Shown here: piece by piece, positions 1 through 14,239 of the stretch | Numbering within the stretch: position 1 is the first letter of the stretch | Layout: each line of letters starts with the position of its first letter | NCBI GenBank assembly: GCA_964016885.1 | Contig: OZ024743.1 | Span: 199,144,001 to 199,208,000, forward strand | Length of the DNA stretch: 64,000 nt | Direction of reading: 5' to 3' | From: Eledone cirrhosa | Lineage: Eukaryota | The notes under the pieces: model-generated | The model's database searches: none | What the model was told of the DNA's origin: nothing | The model's input: only the letters and a program-made list of their open reading frames with translations | Program-made: the position numbers and the translations under genes

Positions 1-86
1 ACATATATATGAATATATGCACACAAACATATCCAAACATATTCACACACACACACATATATATACATATATATGTGTGTGTGTGT

Positions 87-150
<64 letters not shown>

Positions 151-246
151 ATATATATCATCATCATCTCATCATCATCTTTGTTTAATGTCCATTTTCC
201 ACGCTAGCATATATATATATATAAACATATTATATAAACACATATA

Positions 247-283
<37 letters not shown>

Positions 284-2768
284 GAGAAAGAAACAGGCAA
301 AGACAGAGACTGAGAAAGCAAGGAGACAGGAAAGCAAATTATAGTCAGACAGAAAAGGTAGACAAAAAGAGCTATCTGATTGGTTATGAAGCATGCCTCT
401 GGCTATATAGCAATCATTTGCCTCATTTCGATAGAGTTTTGAAAGTCCTGCCTGAAGACATTTCCAAGGATTTGGCAGGTCATCAGTGGTCCTTATGTGT
501 CCTTTGACAACATGCTGTCTATAATGTCATCTGAGAAGAATGCTTTCTGCTGATATTCCGCATGAAACGATGATATTGACGAAAGTAATAACTGCCGGCT
601 TCAGATAACCGCAAAGAGAATTCCGGTTATTTTAAACTGATGCAAACCATTTTGCCTGCTTTAATAGAAGCAACAGGTATTTAGAGGTTAAAGGACCTCA
701 TAACAAAGCAGAGAAGAGAAAGAAAAGAAATAACGATGGGAAGAAAGAAGAAAAGATAGAAAAGAAGAGAAATAGAAAAATGTAAAACAGACATTATAGA
801 GCAAAAGAAATATACAGTAAATATACAGATATGTATGAATGTATGTATGTAGGTATGTAGGTCTATATATATATATATATATTTATATGTGTGTGTGTGT
901 GCGTGTCTGTGAACACACACACACACACATACACATATATATCATATGAATTGGTATATTATCTCCAAGGAAGGAAATAATATATTTTGAATGAACGAAT
1001 TCATTATTTGAATAGATTTTTTTTCTGTGTTCCCTTCAAATATTTCAATGATATAGAGGACAGGAATTTTTATTTTCTTTAATAATAATTTTTCTTTTCT
1101 TATTTTCATTATCAAAGTCTAGATGGAAAAAAAAAGTATGGCCTGATAATTAGGACATTAGTCTCATGAACATACAGTCATGTGTTCAATTCCTGGACCA
1201 GGTTATACTCCATTTATGGACTTGTGCCATTATCATTAAAACACACAGAAAATCCCCAATGCGATATAATATCATAAATGTCCAGCTAAATCTGCATAGG
1301 TGTGGGCTGTACATTTTATTTTTTAACATCTAGATTGTAGTTTTGAAACTAAGGATTTGGTCTTGCATGACTTTACTATTTATTTGTTCATTGTTTAGCA
1401 TTACATTTTAAAGATATTTTGTTCATTGCTGAGAAAGTTTTCTGTTCTAGAGATGGATACCTTTTCGAAATCTAACCATTGACACAAGAAAAAAGTTAGT
1501 TACTTTTAGTTTTCGGAAACACACTGCACATAAAAAAAAATACACCCAGTGACACCTTTGTCAATTGCCTTTCCTACTGTTTATTCACTAAAATTATATC
1601 TATTGTTCATTTAAAATTCTAGCAATACTGGTTAAGAAAATACTTTGTTGAGGAGGCCTAATATGACTGAAACACTTTTAAAGTTCTCACAATGTCTTTA
1701 GCATTACACTATTATTTAGAATTTAGATGATGGTGAGATGTGGTTTCTAGTTTAGCATAGCCATTTTCTGTGTGGTTGAGAAGTTCACTTCAGAATTGTT
1801 TGGTTTGGGGTTTGATCTTACTGAATAGCCATTTAAGCAAGTGTCTTCTACCATAGACTTGAGTTGATGCCATAAAATTTGGAAGATGAGAACTGTGTGG
1901 AATCCTATTGGAAGGATCAACATCGTTCATATTTTTAGGTTGTTACACTTAGTCTATCCCCCAGTTTAACACCACCTCATGACACCTGGTTACATTTATC
2001 AAAGCCTACTTAGTTACATGGTGCCAAGCTGTATCGGCATTTACCTTTCTCTTGACCAACAATAGTGGCATTTGGAGGGAAGACTGGTATACATGGGAGA
2101 CTGCTGCCAGACTGTGCCTTGGAGGGGAACTTTCTAGGTGCAAATCCCATGGTCATTTGTGACCTTACTTAGTTATAAGCATTCAGACAAGGCCCCTAAT
2201 CTGAAGTTAATTGTTTACCTCATTTTACCAGCCCTAGATGTTTCCAAAAATGACCATGGACACTGAACTCCTTTTTTTCTGACTAAGCCATTAAAAATAT
2301 AATGATAAGATGCCTTCATTACAGAAACTTCCTGTCTTGTATGACAACCCTTTTTTTAAAAACTATGTTATGTTTCCAGCCATTAGAAATTTGTGGATAG
2401 TTATTTCTTTAGTTTTGTCACATCACAGATTCTACTGTAAAGCTGAAACTACGTTTTGTTTTTTTATCTTATGATTTTTTCAAAGATATTGTTTACTTTG
2501 AAATATTGTTTATATCACACTGATGGATTTTATTAGAATGTTTCAAAAATTGATGAGGACTATCGATACCTGATTAAGATATATCAAGATATATAAAAAT
2601 CAAAGTAAAATTTCAAGTTGACATTTCATATTTATCACACTTTGACAGGATGTCAATAATAATTAGTATAGTAGTTATTTTGACGAGACAAGAGTGAGGA
2701 ACAGATAGGAATGGATTTGCAACAAGTGAGAAGCTAAGTAAAAGAACAACAAATATATATATATACAA

Positions 2769-2863
<95 letters not shown>

Positions 2864-2952
2864 TATGTGTGTATATGTGTGTGTAAAGCAAAAGTGAAGG
2901 ACAGATATGAAAGGATTCACAAGTGAGAGGCTAAGTAAAAGAAGAACAAGAA

Positions 2953-3038
<86 letters not shown>

Positions 3039-3382
3039 AGTGTATATATATGTGTGCGTGTGCTTGTTTGTATGTGTGTATGTATATGTATGTATATAAA
3101 AGTAAGAAAGTAAATATAAACAATGTTTATATTATAGAAAGAAGTAATAGTGATAGAATAAATGAGAGATAAATGGTAAAATACAAGAGAGAGTGTGGTA
3201 GTGTGTATGTGAAATGTAGTTAGGGAGAGAGGAATAATACAAGTGTGTATGTGTGTTTTAAATATAAATAATAGAGCAAAAGTTTGTCATAATAATGAAT
3301 CTTAAAATTGTAAATCTTCATAAATGTCTGAAATATTTCAACTGACAAGAAAATTAACCTGAAGTATTGCCAATCAAATCTC

Positions 3383-3427
<45 letters not shown>

Positions 3428-3503
3428 CGAAGGAAATGTGGTAAGGAACCAGGTGGACCATAACGCACCAAAGTACTCAATACTTAGGGTAGTAGAGTGG
3501 GTA

Positions 3504-3605
3504 ATAGGAACAAGTAAGACCCCGACGGCTGAGCTCAAGCCGTTACGACAGAATTAGCCGTCGTAATGGCTTGAGCTCAGCCGTCGGGGTCTTACTTGTT
3601 CCTAT
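3504..3605. repeat. Fold-back palindrome, 46-bp arms
   Basis: 3504-3549 is the reverse complement of 3560-3605 (one mismatch), with a 10-nt loop. Confidence 0.95.
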
Positions 3606-3612
3606 ATATATA

Positions 3613-3862
3613 TATAAAGAAAAAAAGATGAAATCGAAAATGCAACTGGAGTCTTATTTTAAAAAAAATATATATCGCAGTTCTTCTGCTTTTCAAAAGT
3701 AGAGTTGAGATGGAGGGTCTGTGGTTTTTCTCTCATCAGATGTGAGAAAAACCACAGACCCTCCATCTCAACTCTACTTTTGAAAAGCAGAAGAACTGCG
3801 ATATATATTTTAAAAAAATAAGACTCCAGTTGCATTTTCGATTTCATCTTTTTTTCTTTATA
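3613..3862. repeat. Fold-back palindrome, ~120-bp arms
   Basis: Near-perfect inverted repeat with its apex at tctcatcagatgtgaga. Confidence 0.95.
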
Positions 3863-3916
3863 CTTTCACTCGTGTAGGACACCTCGGTTATTTTTCATTT
3901 TTTAAAAAGAAAACAC

Positions 3917-3953
<37 letters not shown>

Positions 3954-3957
3954 TATA

Positions 3958-4000
<43 letters not shown>

Positions 4001-4075
4001 ATATATATATATGTATGTATATATAAATATATATATATATATATGTATGTATATATAAATATATATATATATATG

Positions 4076-4107
<32 letters not shown>

Positions 4108-6061
4108 CACAGTTCAAGAGTAACCAATCTTAAAGCGAGAAATGGAGATAGGAGAGGAGAGATTGGTGTATTAGTTAGAAGCCAAAGCGTAAAGGCATGT
4201 GCACAAAGTGCAATATGCAGTAGAAAGCAGCTAGGTGGCTGGGTTCATGCAGAAGTTAGGCGCGCAGAGCTGGAAATATTCATTAGTTAAGCAATGAATA
4301 TATATATATATTAACTAATGAATATATATATATATATATGATAAATTAACAGAGGACAAGACAACAAACACGAAAACAAAGCAAAACAACAAAACAAAAA
4401 CAATTTTTTTCCAGGAACCTTAAAAAATTGTTTTTTTAAATTTCAGGGTCATCAGTCGTTGAGGTGGACTAATATATATATATATGAGAGGACCCTTCTT
4501 TGTTTCAAAGACATGAAAACCTCCCTAATGATGGTAATTTACACAATAAACCCACCCTGTACACACTGTAAAATGGTTGGTGATAGGAAGGACATCCAGC
4601 CAAAGAAACCTTGCCAGACAAAGAGTTGGGGCACCTTCAGTTGTGTCTCAGGTATAACAACTTCTCCCGAGCACTCAATGGAACGTGAGACTGTACATAA
4701 TGAAGACACAGATCGCTGGCCTGCCTGGGAGATCAGTGGCTCCACTTCAGTATAGACTTGGTCTTTATTGACTCATCTAGCACTTGTTCTCATTGTTATC
4801 ATCATCATCATCATTCACATAATCTAATGACTGTCTTTCCTGTTAGCATAGGTTGAACAATTCCCCACAGATCAAATCAGTACTTAAGTTATATTCTATT
4901 GTCTCCCAAAAAGTTGAAACTCAAAGATGACTTTGGTGGGATTTGAATTCGGAGTATAGAGATCTGAATTTATACTGCAAGACAGTCTCGCATAATTCTG
5001 GCAATACACTGTTCTAAATTCATAGAAATTTCCTCTGAGATATCTTTATTCAGCCATATTATAAATACTTAATATCAGTATCAAATCAATTCCTTTATTT
5101 CAATATAAACATATTGATGAGTAGAATATGCTTAGCTAAAGAAGTTTGATAAGACCAAAACATGTCAATGTCTTCCACGAGTTGATTCTAAATACCAGAG
5201 TACTCCAAACTGCATTATCTCAATTGTTCAAAGAATTTCTTTTAATTGATTGTATTTGAGTGATTTCTTCCCCTAACTTTTTTTTCAGAGTTTTTGTTTT
5301 CAATGAACCTAGAGAGCGCATTTGTCAATGATATCCTGGTTGATTTTAGTTGCTCAAAGATTTTTAAATGACAAATGGAGTTGTGGAGCTCTGTTATAAT
5401 ATACACTGTGTCTTGGCATTTTAAACCTGGTGGAGCCAATCCCCATGCCAGGCCTGAACTCAGACAGTTATGTCCCAAGAAGGAGGGAAAGAGTGTGAAT
5501 ATGTGTTTGTGTGTGTGTGTGTGTGTGTGAGAGAGTGCATGTATGTAAATATGTGAGTTTATATGTGTGTCTATCTCTGTGTGTGTATATGTGTGTGAGT
5601 GTGTATGGTTGAATGGTTGAGAAGGTTGTTTAATAGTGCTGAAGCCTCAAATTCAATTATACTGTGTAGCAATTTTAGCAAGTGTTTTTATCATAGACAA
5701 TGCAAATCCATCATACTGATTGTTTATCTGTGGAATTTGCTCATGTTCAAATCTTAACAAGATTAAATTAACTTTAAAATGATAATAGGCAAAGATTACC
5801 TTGGTGGGATTAGAACTCATAGAAAGAGTTGGAATGACTACCACAAAGATTCAATGACATTCTAATGATTCTACCAATTTGCCACCATCTTGTCTTTTAT
5901 CTGTGTCCTTGTATTATTGTGTAAATATTTAAAAATAGTTTTTACAAAGAATCCCTGTTCTTTAAAATCTGTTGGCCAATGACCCCCAGCCATCACCAAA
6001 ATTACCACCTTTCCAAACCACCAGAAAACATATAAATACAACAGTTTTACAAGGACAGATG

Positions 6062-6139
6062 ACTATTCTGATGATTTCTTTTGAATGAAACAGTTCTAAT
6101 CTTGTATTAAACTATTAAATATTATATATTAAACTATTA

Positions 6140-6177
<38 letters not shown>

Positions 6178-6221
6178 ATATTTGGGGAGGGTCATATTGT
6201 TATAATATTGCCAGAAATATG

Positions 6222-6312
<91 letters not shown>

Positions 6313-6457
6313 TATATATGTTTGTATGTATATACATATCGTCTAGCATGGAAGATAGATGTTAAAAGATGATGATATATATATACTGTTTCATTTGAAG
6401 GAAATCATCAGAAAAGCCCAGAAGTTCGAATGAAACAGTTCTAGTCCGGTAGAAGCC
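6062..6457. ncRNA. Degenerate/rearranged hammerhead remnants of a further family
   Basis: 6068-6101(+) CTGATGA-T-TTC-tttt-GAA-T-GAAAC-agttcta-ATC; 6386-6418(-) GGCTTTT-CTGATGA-tttccttcaaat-GAAAC; 6425-6457(+) ttcgaat-GAAAC-agttctagtccggtagaagcc. All lie next to (TA)n. Confidence 0.5.
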
Positions 6458-6496
<39 letters not shown>

Positions 6497-6623
6497 TATG
6501 TACATATATAAGTGTATGTATATGTGTGTGTGTGCTTTGCTCTCTCCAAAACCCTCACCATTATCAGTAGTTATAATCACTATTCTGAATATTTTCATTA
6601 TTATCAATATTATTTTTTAAATA

Positions 6624-9498
6624 TCATCATCATCATCATCATCGTTACCAGCACCATCTCCGCCACCAGCAGCATCACCACTACCATCACCACCATCATC
6701 ATCATAATCATTACCACCACCACTACCATCACCACCATCTTGATCATCATTACCTCCACCATCTCCACCACCACCAGCACTTCCACCACCACTACCATCA
6801 CCACCACCATCAGCATTACCACCACCATCTCCACCACCACCAGCACTTCCACCACCACTACCATCATCATCATCATCATCATTACCACCACCATCTCCAC
6901 CACCACCAGCACTTCCACCACCACTACCATCACCACCACCATCATCATCATCATTACCACCACCATCTCCACCATCACCAGCACTTCCACCACCACTACC
7001 ATCACCACCATCATCATCATCATCATTACCACCACCATCTCCACCACCACCAGCACTTCCACCACCACTACCATCACCACCATCACCATCATCATCATCA
7101 TTACCACCACCATCTCCACCACCACCAGCACTTCCACCACCACTACCATCACCACCACCACCATCATCATCATCATTACCACCACCATCTCCACCACCAC
7201 CACCAGCACTTCCACCACCACTACCATCACCACCATTACCACCACCGTCTCCACCACCACCAGCGCTTCCACCACCAGCACTTCCACCACCACTACCATC
7301 ACCATCATCATCATCATCATCATTACCACCACCATCTCCACCACCACCAGCACTTCCACCACCACTACCATCACCACCACCACCATCATCATCATCATTA
7401 CCACCACCATCTCCACCACCACCACCAGCACTTCCACCACCACTACCATCACCACCATTACCACCACCGTCTCCACCACCACCAGCACTTCCACCACCAG
7501 CACTTCCACCACCACTACCATCACCACCATCATCATCATCATCATTACCACCACCATCTCCACCACCACCAGCACTTCCACCACCACTACCATCACCATC
7601 ACCACCATCATCATCATCATTACCACCACCATCTCCACCACCACCAGCACTTCCACCACCACTACCATCACCACCACCATCAGCATTACCACCACCATCT
7701 CCACCACCACCAGCACTTCCACCACCACTACCATCATCATCATCATCATCATTACCACCACCATCTCCACCACCACCAGCACTTCCACCACCACTACCAT
7801 CACCACCATCATCATCATCATCATTACCACCACCATCTCCACCACCACCAGCAATTCCACCACCACTACCATCACCACCATCATCATCATCATCATTACC
7901 ACCACCATCTCCACCACCACCAGCACTTCCACCACCACTACCATCACCACCATCACCATCATCATCATCATTACCACCACCATCTCCACCACCACCAGCA
8001 CTTCCACCACCACTACCATCACCACCACCACCATCATCATCATCATTACCACCACCATCTCCACCACCACCACCAGCACTTCCACCACCACTACCATCAC
8101 CACCATTACCACCACCGTCTCCACCACCACCAGCGCTTCCACCACCAGCACTTCCACCACCACTACTATCACCATCATCATCATCATCATCATTACCACC
8201 ACCATCTCCACCACCACCACCAGCACTTCCACCACCACTACCATCACCACCATTACCACCACCGTCTCCACCACCACCAGCACTTCCACCACCAGCACTT
8301 CCACCACCACTACCATCACCACCATCATCATCATCATCATTACCACCACCATCTCCACCACCACCAGCACTTCCACCACCACTACCATCACCATCACCAC
8401 CATCATCATCATCATTACCACCACCATCTCCACCACCACCAGCACTTCCACCACCACTACCATCACCACCACCATCAGCATTACCACCACCATCTCCACC
8501 ACCACCAGCACTTCCACCACCACTACCATCATCATCATCATCATCATTACCACCACCATCTCCACCACCACCAGCACTTCCACCACCACTACCATCACCA
8601 CCATCATCATCATCATCATTACCACCACCATCTCCACCACCACCAGCAATTCCACCACCACTACCATCACCACCATCATCATCATCATCATTACCACCAC
8701 CATCTCCACCACCACCAGCACTTCCACCACCACTACCATCACCACCATCACCATCATCATCATCATTACCACCACCATCTCCACCACCACCAGCACTTCC
8801 ACCACCACTACCATCACCACCACCACCATCATCATCATCATTACCACCACCATCTCCACCACCACCACCAGCACTTCCACCACCACTACCATCACCACCA
8901 TTACCACCACCGTCTCCACCACCACCAGCGCTTCCACCACCAGCACTTCCACCACCACTACTATCACCATCATCATCATCATCATCATTACCACCACCAT
9001 CTCCACCACCACCAGCACTTCCACCACCACTACCATCACCACCACCACCATCATCATCATCATTACCACCACCATCTCCACCACCACCACCAGCACTTCC
9101 ACCACCACTACCATCACCACCATTACCACCACCGTCTCCACCACCACCAGCACTTCCACCACCAGCACTTCCACCACCACTACCATCACCACCATCATCA
9201 TCATCATCATTACCACCACCATCTCCACCACCACCAGCACTTCCACCACCACTACCATCACCATCACCACCATCATCATCATCATTACCACCACCATCTC
9301 CACCACCACCAGCACTTCCACCACCACTACCATCACCACCATCATCATCATTACCACCACCATCTCCACCACCACCAGCACTTCCACCACCACTACCATC
9401 ACCACCATCATCATCATCATCATCATTACCACCACCATCTCCACCACCACCAGCACTTCCACCACCACTACCATCACCATCACCACCATCATCATCAT
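6624..9498. repeat. ACC/ATC-based minisatellite with a 795-870-bp higher-order repeat
   Basis: ~55-65-bp units. Rare markers cagcattacc at 6811/7681/8476 and cagcgcttcc at 7261/8131/8926. Confidence 0.95.
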
Positions 9499-10298
9499 AA
9501 GCTATATATATTTCATTCCTCCTCTGTTCATACACACATTTCTACTTTCAGTCAGTAATGTTTTACCATACAAGGTATATCCATATTGTCTCTTTTTCAC
9601 TGACCTTCCTTATTCTCAGAACGGAGATGATTCTCTTTGATTCATCCATCACTGATTGGTTAAGAATACCATACTATTCTACATAACCATTGTTGCAATG
9701 CAACAATAAGAATTAGGCCCCTACAATCGGTTTCCTTGCAAAAGGAATAACATGACAGAAATATGGTTTGAGTATATCTTCTGACTTTCTCCGGGCTCTT
9801 TCAGTTTTGTTCTATTGTGTAGCTTAACAATGAAAAAGATTATATAACTCTTTTCTGCTATGTGCTATTGATGTCTTGGATTATGGTAAAAGATAGAATC
9901 TTGAATAAAAGCCCAAACTTTAGAAAGCAACTGCCGTCTAGAGGATACCCTAAATATGTGTGGCGGAAGGAGCTGTGTACTGTGTGGTGCATGAGGGTGA
10001 GGGTGGGCGGTTTGAGGATGAGGAGGAAAGGGGAGGTAGATAGAAAGAGAGGAAGAGAGAGAAAGGAAGAAGGTAGAGAAAGAATAAGAGGTAATGCTAG
10101 TCACTTACTTTCTTCCTATCCTGGCTACCATCATTCCATGCATACATACACAAAAGCATTTTGATTCATTGTGTCTTTGCGTGTATGCCTCTTTCACTCT
10201 TTTGTGATATATGTATATATATATATGCATATGTACATTGTACATATGTAAGTATTATGTATTTATGTATATGCAAGTGTTTATATATGTATATATGC

Positions 10299-10461
<163 letters not shown>

Positions 10462-10785
10462 TATGTATGTATATATATAGTGCATGTGTAGGTGTAAGAA
10501 CTAACATATACATAGATATAGGCTTCTCTATGTAGTACTGTATATAATTATGTATACATTTATGCATTCATATGTGTGTACACATATAAATATTGAATAC
10601 ATATATATATATATATTTGCATATATGAATACATATGATGTATAATATACTTATAGATGCATACATGTAGGTTTTATGGTAAATATACACACAGCACAGC
10701 AACAAAAATACCTACTTATTATTTACTGAAAATCATATGCATGCTATTGCAAATTGATATATATATATATATATATATATATGTG

Positions 10786-10848
<63 letters not shown>

Positions 10849-10982
10849 TAGCGTGGATGAACGGACGTAAAACGGTGATATGATGATGATGATATATATA
10901 TATATATATATGTGTGTGTATGTATATATATATATATATATATACATATATACACACACATATATATATATATACATATATG

Positions 10983-11033
<51 letters not shown>

Positions 11034-11899
11034 AGGGAGGGGTGCTACATATGATCAAAGCATGACAACGTGTTTCGAGATATCTCAATTGTTATATATA
11101 TATGGAAAAATGGACATAAAATGGTGATGATGATATATATATATATATATATATTTTTATGTATGTATATGTTAGTACGGTGTATTATATATGTTTATGT
11201 GTGTGCATGTAGTGAGGTTTTGTAGATTTATGAATCAATTGTGTGCTGATCTATGATAGATGTGGATTTAATAGTGAATTGTTTTCACATATATATGGTA
11301 ACCAGCTAGCTGAGAAGCAGTTGAGATTTTTTGTGTATTTTTGATCCAATATAGCCAATGATTTGATATAATAAAGAAGAATGACCAAGAATCTAAGGAA
11401 AACTAATGGGGATATGTTTTACAAAAGAGAGCATCTATGTTGTCAATAGAACTTCCAGGATCTGCAGCCAAATCCCTGCCAATTTACATCCAACTGTCTT
11501 AAAAGATGGTACATTCTGAAAAATCATAGGTGAGATGTTCACAGGTAAAACAACTTTGATCATAGGTTTACTTGATTTAAGCTGGCCTTGTGCTAATCAT
11601 CAACAACAATACACACCAAAAAGAGTTCAGCAATACCAATAAGTTATCAATACTGAATATGTCAGCAGTGATACACATGTGGGTGTACAGCAGTGATAAA
11701 CATAGTGTTTTCTGTGGGACTCTGACCTTTTCAGGTTATGTAAAGATATGATATATTATATGTGGGCCCCAGTCTGTTTTTAAATCTTTATACAGAAGAC
11801 CTGCCATCCCTTGCATATAGACTTGAACCTACAGTCAGTAGGCACCTCTTAACCCAATATACACCCCCATCCCACACATCCTACTCCATCTTCCCATTT

Positions 11900-12180
11900 C
11901 CGTTCACTGTAAAGTAGTCATGTAGGTGACACGACAAAAAGCACCCAGTCCACACTGTAAAGTGGTTGTGTAGGAGACACGGTAAATAGGCTCCTAGTCC
12001 ACACTGTAAATGTGGTTGGTGTTAGAAGGGCATCCAGCTGTAGAAAATATGCCAGAGACAGTTCTGTACGAGCAAGACACAGTCTCCCGAGCAATCTCGC
12101 CTCAAGTGGGACAAAGTCGTCCAAGTCATGCTAGCGTGGAAGATGGACGTTAAACGATGATGATGATGATGATGATGATA
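11900..12180 (+). mobile_element. RTE-tailed SINE body (other copies at 19561-19850(-), 20005-20180(+), 26140-26395(-), 32625-32890(-))
   Basis: Shared ttggtgttaggaagggcatccagctgtagaaa core and ctagcgtggaagatggacgttaaacgatgatgat tail. Confidence 0.75.
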
Positions 12181-12390
12181 TGTTAAATATGACACAATAT
12201 AAATGTGAGCCACATGTTTATATATAAGATATAATATAATATACATGTGAGAAATTGAAGTGTCACCTGTCAGCCCCAGACCTTTCCAAATGGCTATATG
12301 TAAGATATAATATTGTATATATGTGCTTTGGCCATTGTGGTGTTCTCTGTGCATCTTAAAATTTTTCAAATGTATATATATATAAGATAT

Positions 12391-13413
12391 GATGGAGTCA
12401 CATGGCTTAGTGGTTAGAGCATTGAGCTTGCAATCGAAAGGCTGTGAGTTCAATTCTCAGACCGGGTGATGTGTTGTTTCCTTGAGCAAGAAATTTTATT
12501 TCACATTGCTCCAGTTTACTCAGCTGTAGAAATGAGATGATAGGGACTCGGGTCCCTATCATTCCACTGCAAAGTGGTCGTGTAGGTGCCACAGCAAAAA
12601 TGCATCCAGCACTCACTGTAAATGAGGTTGGTGTTAGGAAGGGCATCCAGCTGTAGAAATCAAGCCAGAATAAGTTCCCGTCCCACCCTTGCAAGCAAGG
12701 AAAAGCGGACGTAAAATGATGATGATGATATGATGGAGGCACATGGCTTAGTGGTTAGAGCATTGGCCTTGCAATCAAAAGGCTGTGAGTTCAATTCTCA
12801 GACCGGATGATGTGTTGTTTCCTTGCGCAAGAAACTTTATTTCACATTGCTCCAGTTTACTCAGCTGTAGAAATGAGATGATAGGGACACGGGTCCCTAT
12901 CATTCCACTGCAAAGTGGTCGTGTAGGTGCCACAGCAAAAATGCATCCAGCACTCACTGTAAATGAGGTTGGTGTTAGGAAGGGCATCCAGCTGTAGAAA
13001 TCAAGCCAGAATAAGTTCCTGTCCCACCCTTGCAAGCAAGGAAAAGCGGACGTAAAATGATTATGATGATATGATGGAGGCACATGGCTTAGTGGTTAGA
13101 GCATTGGCCTTGCAATCGAAAGGTTGTGAGTTTAATTCTCAGACCGGGTGATGTGTTGTTTCCTTGGGCAAGACACTTTATTTCACATTGCTCCAGTTTA
13201 CTCAGCTGTAGAAATGAGATGATAGGGACTGAGGTCCCTATCATTCCACTGCAAAGTGGTCGTGGAGGTGCCATGGCAAAAAAGTACCCAGCCCATACTG
13301 TAAATGAGGTTGGTGTTAGGAAGGGCATCCAGCTGTAGAAATCAAGCCAGAATCAGTTCCCGTCCCACCTTTGCAAGCAGGGAAAAAGCGAACGTAAAAT
13401 GAAATGATGATGA
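12391..13413 (+). mobile_element. Tandem trimer of a 341-bp tRNA-derived SINE
   Basis: Three head-to-tail copies (12391, 12732, 13073). Each has A box TGGCTTAGTGG, a GAGTTCAATTCT-type B box, an internal 11-bp hairpin and a (GAT)n tail. Confidence 0.9.
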
Positions 13414-13728
13414 TATAATATACATATTGGTCATTGAGGTAATTTCTTTAAGTCTAAGACCTTTTCATATAAACATTTCTAATGACCTTTAGAAATGTTT
13501 ATATGTAAGATATAATATAATATACATGTGGACAATTGTAAAGTTTCAGATAATTGCAGACATTTTCATATTTTTATTTGTAAGATAATATACAACATAC
13601 ATGTGGGACATTGAGGTAATTTCTGTGAGTCTAACACCTTTTCAAATGTTTATATGTAAGATATGATATAAAATACATATGGACCATTGAAGCATTCTCA
13701 GTTAACCACAGACATATGCACACACACA

Positions 13729-13768
<40 letters not shown>

Positions 13769-14239
13769 ACACACAGGCATACATACTCACACGCAAACAC
13801 ACACACACATAGTCAGTGATGTTCAAGCTCAGTCTAATGGTGAGAAACTTTCCAGAAAGCAATCAATTAAATGTAACTAAACATCAACAACAATATCATC
13901 TGCAACAACAACAAAACCAACAACTGCAACAACAACAACAGCAACAATAACAACATCAACAAAAACTAAAACAATCACAACCACAACAAACACACAACCG
14001 CAACTACATCAACATCAACAATAACAAAAACAACAACAACAGCAACAAGATCAACAAGAACCACAAGAACCACAACTACATCAACAACAAAATAACAACA
14101 GCTACGCAGCAACAGCAACAGCAACAGCAGCATAAACAACCATCACAACAACAACAACAACAGTAACAATCACCACAACCACAATAACATTACAGGCTGT
14201 AAAATTGTTTTCATATCGTTTAATGCTATAATGTTAACA

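Noticed and set aside
400-680. Coding-like unique sequence (also 5020-5400 on the minus strand)
   Set aside because: Stops occur in all frames tried and I recognise no motif; possibly an old TE remnant.
4441-4455. CTGATGA-ccct-GAAA on the minus strand
   Set aside because: No stem II, stem I or NUH pairing is evident; at most a remnant.
6512-9640. ~1000-aa Thr/Ile, Val/Met and Gly/Asp ORFs (mucin-like appearance)
   Set aside because: Three overlapping frames are open because of the trinucleotide composition, and there is no unique domain.
12393-12465. tRNA gene
   Set aside because: A/B boxes are present but there is no proper cloverleaf, and it continues into a SINE body, so it is a SINE head.
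12537-12562. Resemblance of TCCCTATCA to the tet operator
   Set aside because: The half-sites are in the wrong arrangement and lie inside a eukaryotic SINE.
13466-13505. 17-bp-arm hairpin in a diverged AT-rich repeat
   Set aside because: Isolated and likely a local template-switch inversion; no functional motif.
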